Assembly (NCBI GenBank): GCA_905250875.1
Contig: CAJNOO010000198.1
Location: forward strand, 41,099 to 55,913
DNA: 14,815 nucleotides
Reading direction: 5' to 3'
Origin: Rotaria sordida
Lineage: Eukaryota
Below the pieces are notes generated by a model that was not told where the DNA came from, searched no databases, and saw nothing but the letters and a program-made list of their open reading frames with translations. The position numbers and the translations under genes were made by a program. Numbering within the stretch: the first letter of the stretch is position 1; each line of letters opens with the position of its first letter. Below, in pieces: positions 1 to 9,453 of the stretch.

Positions 1-1
1 T

Positions 2-290
2 GGGGAATTGCTATCGATGAATTCATTTTTATCAACGTCAACAAACGAAAACTTTGCTTTGATGTTCACAACACCAATGGCATCAGTGTACCGATGGTAC
101 TGTACCAGTTCTATTTCGAATCAAAATTGATGTTTACGTGAAAACATCGCCGTACGCCGATATTAGACATTTGAGTCAATTTACTGACGACAACGAAATT
201 CTGGTTATGGCTGGAACTATTTTCAAAATTGAATCAATCATTTGGGATAGTGCAAACAAGATTTGGAGAACAGATTTTGTCTATGTGTAG
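2..290 (+). pseudogene. ADP-ribosyltransferase (R-S-E class ART) domain remnant, split over two reading frames; 5' part of an ART-TPR gene truncated by the window edge
   Basis: Frame 2 (from nt 2) reads GELLSMNSFLSTSTNENFALMFTTPMASVY, the ART 'NSFLSTS' motif. Frame 3 (about 96-290) reads TDGTVPVLFRIKIDVYVKTSPYADIRHLSQFTDDNEILVMAGTIFKIESIIWDSANKIWRTDFVYV*, the catalytic-Glu region and following beta strands. Frame 1 then carries the TPR part. Confidence 0.8.
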
Positions 291-1269
291 CAACGATGAT
301 CATAAACTCCATGTAGAATTCAATTATTGTAAACAAAATCATCTATCAAACGATCGCAGTACTCTTGTTTGCCTTGGCATCCTTTCAAGAGATCTAGGCC
401 AAATTGATGCAGCCGAAATGTTCTTCAAGAAACAGTTAAATATCGATTCGAATAATACTTTGGCTCTTTCTGGATTAGGATGTGTTGCCAAAGAAAAAGG
501 TCTCACTCATCTCGAATTAGATTATTTCCAACGTGCTCTTCAACTCGATCTTGAACGATTTCCCAATAGTCCAAAAGTTGCTAAGGACTGTATGGATCTT
601 GGAAATTGTTTCAGAGATCAAAACGATTATTGTCATGCTTTGCAATATTATCAGACATCATTGAATCTCTATCTGAAGGTTTACGGTGAAGAAGAACATG
701 AAGAGATTGCTGATCTTTACAAAGCCATGGGTTTATTATATAGGTCGATGAAAGATTATCAAACATCTTTTGATTATCAACAAAAATCTCTTGCTATAGC
801 GTTAAAGACTTTACCTGTAAATCATCCTTATGTAGCAGATATATACACCGCTGTTGGTTGGTCTTATTATGACTTTGAAGATTACCATCAAGCGCTAGAA
901 TATTTTCAAAGAGCATACATAATTACAACGAAATCAACACCACCAGATAGTTTTCGAATGGCCTCAATGTATCATAATCTAGGTCATATCTATTTCAAAT
1001 TAGAAAACATAGGACAAGCAATATTGAACTATCAAAAAGCGATTGCTATTGAAACAAAAGTTGTGTCACCGATGAATTCCTTACAAGCACATACACATTA
1101 TGAACTTGCCATGGTACATGAATATAACAGGCAATATTCGGAAGCACCTGAGAATTATTTTCACTCTCTAGAGAAGTTTCACAGCTCGAATACTGACGAT
1201 CAGCCCATCAAAGCAGAAGAAGGCCTTCGTCGAATGAAAATTCTGTTAGAATACTTAGACTCGTCATAG
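229..1269 (+). CDS. Tetratricopeptide-repeat (kinesin-light-chain-like TPR) C-terminal portion of the ART-TPR protein; genuine homology probably starts near nt 282
   Basis: Open ORF with repeated TPR units, e.g. KAMGLLYRSMKDYQTSFDYQQKSLAIALKTL, YTAVGWSYYDFEDYHQALEYFQRAYII, YHNLGHIYFKLENIGQAILNYQKAIAIETK. The listed Met at 229 is a TTG codon inside ART-domain sequence, so it is not a credible start. Confidence 0.85.
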   Translation: MNQSFGIVQTRFGEQILSMCSNDDHKLHVEFNYCKQNHLSNDRSTLVCLGILSRDLGQIDAAEMFFKKQLNIDSNNTLALSGLGCVAKEKGLTHLELDYFQRALQLDLERFPNSPKVAKDCMDLGNCFRDQNDYCHALQYYQTSLNLYLKVYGEEEHEEIADLYKAMGLLYRSMKDYQTSFDYQQKSLAIALKTLPVNHPYVADIYTAVGWSYYDFEDYHQALEYFQRAYIITTKSTPPDSFRMASMYHNLGHIYFKLENIGQAILNYQKAIAIETKVVSPMNSLQAHTHYELAMVHEYNRQYSEAPENYFHSLEKFHSSNTDDQPIKAEEGLRRMKILLEYLDSS

Positions 1270-1630
1270 TCAATTTTGCCGCTATATTTTTATCGACTCA
1301 GTAGTGTGAAGTAAAGATATATGATCCATCTTAAGCTTTGATTCAATGCAGTAGAATTTTTTTTTCTTATGGAATGCCAATTGTTGATATAGATCTTAGA
1401 TTCTGGAAAAAAACAATCATTAGAATGTTTTTTTGGAATGGAGATTGCCTGATTTTAATCAAAAATCAGAAAACAATATATCATAGAGACCGAATCTCCG
1501 TCAGTGAGTTTTGATTTTTAATAAAATTTTTCAGATCATGATATTTATCTTTTCCAAATCCATAACCTCAAAGCATGTTAAATTCTACCAAGTTCAAAAT
1601 TGGCGTCTAGCATCCTGAATCATACACTTT

Positions 1631-1683
1631 GGGTGTGAGTGTGGGTGCGGCGAAAAGAACTAATCTACGCCTGCACCCTCCTT
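1631..1683. repeat. Short telomere-like palindromic element, copy A
   Basis: gggtgtgagtgtgggtgcgg-cgaaaagaactaatctac-gcctgcaccctcctt: G-rich arm, core, C-rich arm. Confidence 0.6.
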
Positions 1684-2884
1684 AGTTTTCGACTATCGAA
1701 TTGTAGACATTTTTCAGATTGTCCCAAGAAGAAGTTTTTAAATGTGAAATGCATTCATAGTCTTGTATGCAAAAAAAAAATGCTTGGTTTCGTCCTTTTT
1801 TTTTACATGACGATGGCAATCTCATCATATTTCATAGATTAATCTGTTAGGGATTATGTAAAATAATTTAATATTTTCACTAGACTACTGCGAATACCAA
1901 CGGACAGTTTTCATTAATATAGTATTGATTATGAGTTCTCATCGGCAAAATGGTGTTGTGATTTTAATGCTCGCAAGAAACAGATCGTAGAGCGTTTCTT
2001 TCTAGTAGAAATTGAAAATGTATTTTTAAAAGTATTATCGAAAAAATCCATGGAGATTCATCCAGAAAAACGTTCAATCTATTTTTGAATTCTCCTTCAA
2101 TTATTGTGAGGAGAAGTCATAAATCTTTATGTGAAAAGTTCTCCATTCCAATATACCAAACATAGGCAGTTAAATATGAAGAATACATTTGGCGGATTCA
2201 GCTGAAAATTCTATATCGAGAGAAAGACACATATGTTTAAATTAATAATCTGAGAAGATTCTAATTACAATTCGATTGATCACCAGAGAATATACCATAC
2301 CAAAGCTCAATCATTCAAGTGACTGGGAAACCACATGATACAGGATTGAAAATGAATAAACATGAGTTATACTTCAGTGTACAACTTTATTTCATTTGAA
2401 ACAATCAATATGCTTGTGTTGCTTCATGTTTAGCAAGTATTTTGTTTTCAGCTATGACAATTTAGATTTCTCGTCTCATCGTCTCTTAAAAATTAAAAGT
2501 GGAACCAGACACAAAAATAACGGCAATGATGATAGTAATTGCCATAAAACTAGCTGAATAAATTGTCGTTGACAAAAAAATCAGACAACTTTTAGTGTTC
2601 AGTAGACATTCTGAAAATGCAATGTCAGCCAACATTCTGATTTTCTAGTGAGTCGGGTGATGGTGCTCAAGTCCAAGCCTGTAAGAAAAAAGTATTTGAC
2701 GATAGGCGACTGGTAATAAGTCAAGGTGTTTATTTTTTCTGCCGATTTTATCTTTTGATATTATACTAACGTTTTGTATGTGTGTTTTTGATACGATTAC
2801 GTGTACTTTTCGATGTAAATTCTTGTGTAGACAGCAAAACAAAATGATAATACTTAAAATCGAAAATTGTTTCTTCAAATTAAT

Positions 2885-2941
2885 TGGTGGGTATGGATGC
2901 CGGTATCGATTAAAGAAGAACTGCATCCGCACTCACACCCA
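2885..2941. repeat. Short telomere-like palindromic element, copy B
   Basis: tggtgggtatggatgccggtatcgattaaagaagaactgcatccgcactcacaccc; ggatgc (2895-2900) pairs with gcatcc (2923-2928). It resembles the reverse complement of the 9250-9334 copy (ggatgccgg...gtattgattta..., ...ctgcactcacac). Confidence 0.6.
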
Positions 2942-3146
2942 TAACCTCAAACTAAACGAAATATTTGCGTTAGAATAACAATAGAATCGTCTTTATGGAA
3001 TCCATCAAATACAGATACTATTGAATTCATATCTCTTTCTCGTAAGTCATAACTGCTGCAGTCAATGAAACCATTTCACAAAGTAGACTGGATCAGTGCT
3101 CGACGTTGGTCAATTTTTCGTAGTTCGACCTGAGTCGGACACTGCT

Positions 3147-3198
3147 ATGGATGTGACTGTGGATTGGTGTTGTTTTTATTCACATCCACTTCCACACT
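3147..3198. repeat. G-rich/C-rich imperfect hairpin, copy E-like
   Basis: tggatgtga (3148-3156) is the exact reverse complement of tcacatcca (3180-3188), within a G/T-rich then C/A-rich context. Confidence 0.5.
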
Positions 3199-4402
3199 CT
3201 GAACATTATTTGTTAACTTCTTTTATAAAAATAAAAACTTTGAACACTTCTCTACCACCACACAAAAAAAACATAGATCTGAATCAGGATCTTTTGTGTA
3301 TCTATACTCATGCTCATATCTCACAAGCGAAGGAAATAGATCGAACATACGTGCAATTAAGTGTTCAATTACAGTAGTTGTCAATTATTTGCTATTACGC
3401 ATAGTCTTTTTTTCTTTGTTGATAAAAGGGAATCATTTTTCCTAATTCTTGTCTATAAAGTTGAGAGCATGAGTTAAATAAATAGAAAAAAAAGATGAAA
3501 CACAATTTAATGGAAATATCCAATTGGTGACGATAGAATGAAAGTCGTTCTCTTTTGACTCATACTTTTGTGTTATTACTCAATCAAATAAAAATTACAA
3601 TTTCCTATTGACGTTTTTCTTTTCAATTTATTATTTTCATTTTTTGTGTACAAAATAGTGGAATTTTCAGATTTTGGCTGACTTATTTTCTAGAATGTTG
3701 AAGCCATGTACACAATAAAATGCTGTATAAATAATGATCAAATAACTTATGATATGACATATTCTAGTTAAATCGAAGCATTTTACTTTATATACAAATA
3801 TTGTTATAACGGTAAATTGATATTAGTGAAATACCTTTATAATCATTTACCGTGTGTTAAAAGATCATAGAATTTTGTCGTTGTAACATGTATGAATCTC
3901 AAAATAAGTCAATTTATAAATCAAGAAAAAGAATTGCAAGTTGTAGTAAAGAAATTTTCATTCAAGTTCAACTTCAATATATTTTACTTTAGCCGACCAG
4001 CTATAGATTTTTCCTAATTGAAGCTAATCAAACTGTAGTTTTTAATGATTCACATATGTTAAACTTCAAAGTAAATACGAGTAACTGTCAATAATTGCAA
4101 TATTGATAAAAAATACTTACCGATTAGTCATCAAGCGACATTTATTTGCTTTTTTAGATAGCTTTTCATTGGTCTCTAATTGCCACATCATCCGTAATTG
4201 AGTCATAAAACAAACGTTGTCAGTGACGTTAGGATTTATGATAAACGAGTGTTCGAGTATTCTTATGTATATATACATATGTACATGTAGTGTCCTTTAT
4301 ATTCAATCTTTATTTTTTTTTAATAATTTTACTTAGATTCTCATCATTTTTTTTTATTGAAGAAGAATTTCGAAACAAAGAAAAAAATTTCGAATTGAAA
4401 CA

Positions 4403-5422
4403 ATGAAATTATTGGCAATATTTGTTTTATATAAGGAAGACGATGGAAAAGTAAAAGTACTTCAAGATGAATTTAACCTGGGAAGTTTTGGCTATTTTGA
4501 ACGTTATTAGTAAGGCTAATTTCAGTATGAATTAGTTTCATTTGACATCACACGTTTTTTTGCTTGTTTAAGTGTAAAACAATTACTTGTCTTTTCAGCA
4601 AGAACAATTACTGAACGTACAGCTTTATGTACAAGACAGTCTGTCGAAGCTGATCAAAATGTTAATGGTAAGAAAAAAAAGAAATTAAATATTTTTTTAT
4701 AATTTCATTTGGAATTATTGTTTTTTTTTATAGGCATAGTTCATGTTTATGTTCGTCCGGATGGTCTAGCATCAGTTATTATTTCTGATAGTGAATATCC
4801 ACAACGAGTTGCACATATTCTTCTGAGTAAAGTAAGTATTCATTTTTCATATATTTTGTTTCTTATTAGTTCTTTTTTTTTTTCTTTAACTTAAGGTTAT
4901 GAATGATTTTACTACTAGATATCCATCCGCTTCATGCGTAAATATGAAAGAACAGTAAGTTAAATTCATGTCTTAAAAAAAAAGAAAATAATATCTATAT
5001 TTGTCTTATATTAGAACGGGTAAATTGGCATCACTAAGTGAGTCTTTCAAGAAATATCAGGTCAACTTTTTACATATGGCAATAAATAAATGTTTATTTA
5101 ATTTAAATTTAGAATCCACAAGAAGCTGATCCATTAATGCGTCTTGAAAAAGATCTTGATGATACCAAAGATATTCTTGTAAGTTTTGTTTTCATTTAAA
5201 ATAGTTTAATAAGAAAATGTTCTGTCTTTCATTTGTAGATAAAAACAATGATTAATGTACTTGATCGAGGTGAAAATCTTGATGATTTACTTGCACGCTC
5301 ACATGATTTAAGTTCTGCGACCAAAGAATTTGCTAAGACGGTACGAAGATATTCTTGATTTATTTATATTATTTTTGATTTTTTAGGCAAGAAGAAAAAA
5401 TCAATGTTGTACTTTATTCTAA
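4403..5422 (+). pseudogene. YKT6: YKT6-like longin R-SNARE gene. Exons by hand: 4403-~4508, (4599)4601-4667, 4734-4831, 4896-4956, 5015-5060, 5113-5178, 5239-5340, 5387-5422. Disrupted in the longin region, or carrying assembly errors.
   Basis: Translations: MKLLAIFVLYKEDDGKVKVLQDEFNLGSFGYFER; RTITERTALCTRQSVEADQNVN-G; IVHVYVRPDGLASVIISDSEYPQRVAHILLSK; VMNDFTTRY//PSASCVNMKEQ; TGKLASLSESFKKYQ; NPQEADPLMRLEKDLDDTKDIL; IKTMINVLDRGENLDDLLARSHDLSSATKEFAKT; ARRKNQCCTLF*. These match the longin domain, SNARE motif and double-Cys CaaX end of YKT6. Introns are GT..AG and 46-66 nt. Exon 1 to 2 does not join in frame, and exon 4 needs a 2-nt shift at about 4918-4924. Confidence 0.85.
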
Positions 5423-6978
5423 TCATTTATTTCCATATTATCTTTATTTCATGTTAATTTCAATGTTTTCTTTTTATTGCTTTATTCTATTGTTTTTATA
5501 AAATACCAGATGAAAAGTACACGAAAAAACAAACCGATATTCTTTTTTTGCACAGATGCTTATCATTTTAGTTAGAGTTTATTAAGAAATTATACAATCG
5601 TAAGTTATTTAAATTCTATGAGATAAAATTGCATATAATACAAGTGATTATCATTCGATTTCATGTTGAAAAAGTGAGAAAAAGAGATTCCATTCAGTAT
5701 TTTTATTGTCGATAGAGATTATAGAGAAATAGAGTTTCTCTGAAAAAATCGATTCGTCTTTTATCAAACAATTTTCCGACTTTATGATTGGCTTTTTATA
5801 CGGGATTAAAATCTGTACTTTTACTAAAAGATTTTCTCCAAGATTTCTAAACTTTAAAGAATTTGCCAACAAAAAAATACAAGTTCTTATTTCGAATCTT
5901 CAAGGAACATAGAATAGAAAAAGTATGATTTCAGTTCAAAATTCATATCAACAATTTTTCAATCGATTATTCTATAGAAAATCTCCAGTCAAAAACAAAA
6001 GTTGCACTGTTTCAATTAGAAAATAGTAAATTCCATACGACTGAAAGTCTTCCGATTTGTCATTTCTCATAATAAATTTTTAGATCATGTAGACTTTCAT
6101 GGAACATATACACATGACGATTAAAAATCTAAATGAAATCAGAGATTCAAGAAATTCGTTTAGAAATAGTCTCACTTTGGAATCGAGAATATTGTAATGA
6201 GCACATTGGTATTATACTTGTAAAAAGAGATCAATTTTAATTAATTACTTATTAAAAAATGAGATTATTGAGGAAGTAAATCAGAAAAAGACCCATATTC
6301 TGCTTACCAAAACATCCTCGTCATAGGTAGTAGTAATGAGAACTAACTGATTGTACATTGTTGTTATTATCAAAAACATTTCATCATATTAAAATTGCTC
6401 ATATGTCATTTACGAAAACCTAGACCCTTTTTAGAAACGTAATACTCATAACACTCCATGTTTTCATCTTATTCGATGTTCATTAAAGAAATATTTCTTG
6501 AAAGTCCATCATTTCAACTTATAAACATGCAATAAAATTAAAAATAACGATGATTTAATTAAACTAGTTTTTAATGAGAACGACAAAAAATTAAATATAT
6601 GTAAACTACTATTTCAATTCGATTAGCATTTAAAAGTCAGAGATGACGTCTAATACTTTTTTTAACGACAATTAATTTCATATGTTTGTTTAGAGCAATA
6701 GAAAATCTATCGATGTTTTGTTAAGAAAACTCTTGAGAAAGAACTCTCCAAGATTATTATGATTAATTTTATATAAAAACGACCAAAGATAGCTAAGATG
6801 ACGAATGTCACACATGAAACTAAAATTACATTAAAAAATTTTGTTAGATTTCGTTATTTTTGAACTAAATCATGATTTACGTTGATTCTTGGTTGACAAA
6901 ATCTATCAGAAATAGTGAAATTCGACTGAGTTTTCTGGAGATTTTCTCTTCCGAATTCCGGTGAGGCTAATAAGAGTG

Positions 6979-7024
6979 TTGGTGTAAGTAGATCGTCTCT
7001 CCAGAAACATTCTACCTACACCAA
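6979..7024. repeat. 14-bp inverted repeat with one mismatch, 18-nt spacer
   Basis: TTGGTGTAAGTAGA (6979-6992) ... TCTACCTACACCAA (7011-7024); the reverse complement of arm 2 is TTGGTGTAGGTAGA. Confidence 0.8.
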
Positions 7025-8483
7025 TATCCATATCCTAAATCTGATAGAATCCTATCCTACAACATTTTCATGATGTATTAGTTATACCGTCTTGACTGTG
7101 ACTACAGAAAATTCTTTTCTATATTTCGATGTAAGGTTTTGTAGAGTAAATTGGGTGGATTTGGGAATAAAGTTACGAGCGTCGGAGTGTCTGCGGCTTA
7201 TAGAAGAACGTTGCACGTTTTTCGTCAATGTTTATTGAGACTATTCCCGTGAGATGTGACTATGAGCTCGATTTGGTGTTAATGTGTGTTTCTTTGAGTT
7301 TGTATTGGTATAGTGATGGGACTCAGAACATCATCGTGGTTTGAATTTTCAGAATAACTGATTATGGCTGTGTCTTTGGGGTATGGAAACATTTTGATGT
7401 AGATTTTGTGATTCTTGTAGATTGTTGTAGGCATTTGCTTGGATGTGTGAATGAGTGAAATTCACAAACATCCCATTATTCGTCAGATAATCTATCATGT
7501 CATCTCTTCTCTTCAGACTTGCATAAGCATGCTTAAAGTTCGACTAAAAATCATGTTGCCAGAACTTAGTTCGTAGGTGTGAGTGTGCACTTGGGTATAT
7601 CAACTCTGTGTCTTATATCTATCCAGGCATATGGAAAAAGCCGCTATCACACGAGGAATTAACCAAACGCAAAACTATACACAAATGCACATCTCATTGC
7701 ACGCGCACCCAAACCCACAACTATCACGAGTTTGGCTAAGAATATTTCCTTGATGCTTGTTTGATTCGGAGAAATTTTGCATGTTGCGTAATAACGACGA
7801 TTCGGGTTCACCGTTTTGAAAGGAAGAAAAAACTGTTATCATTAAGCTTGGTAAAACTTTCATATGACACAAAGTAAATAATTTTTTCTCTGATTGAGAA
7901 ATTACATTTGCATTGAGTAAATTTCACAAATCTTTCGTAATTTTAACAGCATATTTTCACTATAAATCGAACGTGTTCGCCTTTTAACTTATTCATTCGT
8001 CTGTGATGACCATATGAAGCTTGAGATATTTCCTACCGAGTAAGTACTCTAAAGTTGCGATATAGCTATTGCTAAAGTCAATGAAACATTATTCATTGAT
8101 TCATCCAACGTCCAAGTGCATTCGAGATTTTTCTTGTTTTAGGAAAAAGATCATCTCTGGTGGTATTAACTGGGCTCACATCAGTTGTGCCAAACGTGAG
8201 AGTAGTCGAAAGGAATAGAATTTAGCAACGCATAATAAACTCATGAATAAACCTATGACAGTTTTTTTGTATTACAGAATATTCTACATACAAAAATTTT
8301 TTTCCAAGATTAGGTTGAAAGCTTACTCTGTAGATATAAGTTGATGGATATCTGTCATTGGCTTAGAAAACAAGTTACAGATACGACAGTTCTTACTTAT
8401 ATACAACTTAATTACTCAACTTTTATTCTTTATCTATTCTTACAGATATCTTGATAATTTTTCAGATTTCTTTAACATTAATT

Positions 8484-8911
8484 ATGTTTGACAACGATGA
8501 ACTTGCTTGCGTATATGCGGCACTCATGTTAGTCGACGATAACGTAGAGATAACGGGAGATAAAATTGCGACAATATTGAAGGCAGCTAAGTATGAGGCG
8601 GAACCATTCTGGCCTATCTTATTCGCCGATGCAATAAAAGGTATCAACGTAAACGATCTTATCAAGAGTGTGAACTCAGTACCAATTGTTAATGTCAGTA
8701 CCAATGCACCCATCACTAATGATAAGAAGCCACTAGACAATAACGCCACAAAAGAAGGAACATCAAAACGAGACGAAGAGCAAAAATTAAATGCTTTGGA
8801 CGATCCATTCAATGACAATGGTGAAGTATCGGACGTACGTATCATATTTTTCAAGTTGATTTTCTGATCTGTTGAGTCTTTTTTTTGCAGATGTTCAGTT
8901 TGTTTGGCTAA
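8484..8911 (+). CDS. RPLP1: 60S acidic ribosomal protein P1-like, exons 8484-8834 and 8891-8911, 56-nt intron, divergent hinge and C-terminus
   Basis: MFDNDELACVYAALMLVDDNVEITGDKIATILKAAKYEAEPFWPILFADAIKGINVNDLIKSV aligns by eye with the P1 N-terminal domain ([47 protein letters not shown]). Splicing GAC|gtacgt..ttttttgcag|ATG gives ...EVSD-MFSLFG*, the counterpart of the canonical SDDDMGFGLFD. Confidence 0.85.
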
Positions 8912-9176
8912 ACTAACAAATCGTCGATGATAATTCATGTATCGTCAATTGATATTTTTGTATGCTTTTTTACATGGTCTTCGTATCAAAAGATTTCAAA
9001 ATAAATTCAACATTAACATCATTCGAGTCGTTTATTTTGTGGAACTCGCACAGGAAAATAGGTTTAATGGAAGTTTAAGACAAGAAAATTGTTCATCCCC
9101 TAAACCTGCAGTAATCCGATTTATATACTAAAAAGAGCACTCCAAAAGTTTTTCCCCAAATTTTTAGACAAATACA

Positions 9177-9275
9177 TATGTGGGTGTGGGTGTGGGAGTG
9201 TGTGGGTGTGGGTGTGGGAGTGTGTGTGGGTGGAGTTGTGAGTGTGATGTGGGTATGCGTGTGAGTGCAGTTGAA
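9177..9275 (+). repeat. Interstitial degenerate telomere-like (TGTGGG)n tract, G-rich on the + strand
   Basis: catatgtgggtgtgggtgtgggagtgtgtgggtgtgggtgtgggagtgtgtgtgggtgg...gatgtgggtatgcgtgtgagtg. Confidence 0.85.
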
Positions 9276-9290
9276 GAGAAGAACTAAATC

Positions 9291-9334
9291 AATACCCACA
9301 CACCTACCATCCCACCGGCATCCACACCCTCTTT
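9291..9334 (-). repeat. C-rich telomere-like tract, inverted relative to the 9177 tract
   Basis: acccacacacctaccatcccaccggcatccacaccctcttt, facing the G-rich tract across a short ttgaagagaagaactaaatca core. Confidence 0.7.
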
Positions 9335-9453
9335 AGTATCTTGTTCTTGATCGAATTTCTGTAGATTTGATCAGTCAAACAGCTACTCAGTCACTTGATA
9401 ATTCTTATCAGTAATTTTGAAATACAAAAGATTTCTTTGTATTATAGCAACTA

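Noticed and set aside
229-285. N-terminus MNQSFGIVQTRFGEQILS of the 346-aa ORF
   Set aside because: It begins at a TTG codon and overlaps, in another frame, the ART segment FKIESIIWDSANKIWRTDF; it is an artefact of alternative-start ORF calling.
1449-1469. ctgatttt...aaaatcag inverted repeat
   Set aside because: Only an 8-bp AT-rich stem; easily chance in this composition.
1639-3377. Small ORFs (67, 95, 66, 93 aa) as genes
   Set aside because: Short, low-complexity or His/Lys-rich, several run through telomere-like repeats, and there is no exon structure or family signal.
4265-4285. atgtatatatacat palindrome
   Set aside because: AT-dinucleotide-type palindrome expected in AT-rich DNA; no other supporting context.
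5430-8440. Search for a transposase, reverse transcriptase (including Penelope/Athena), CRISPR array or tRNA in the long gap
   Set aside because: No catalytic motif, regular repeat-spacer pattern or cloverleaf was convincing by eye. A formal RepeatMasker/tRNAscan/Infernal run would be needed to exclude them.
8462-8938. 158-aa - strand ORF antisense to the P1 gene
   Set aside because: The + strand encodes a recognisable ribosomal P1; the antisense ORF is a shadow ORF with no recognisable domain.
9093-9299. - strand ORF rich in TPTPTPTHTHTH
   Set aside because: Translation of the telomere-like repeat tract; low complexity, not a protein.
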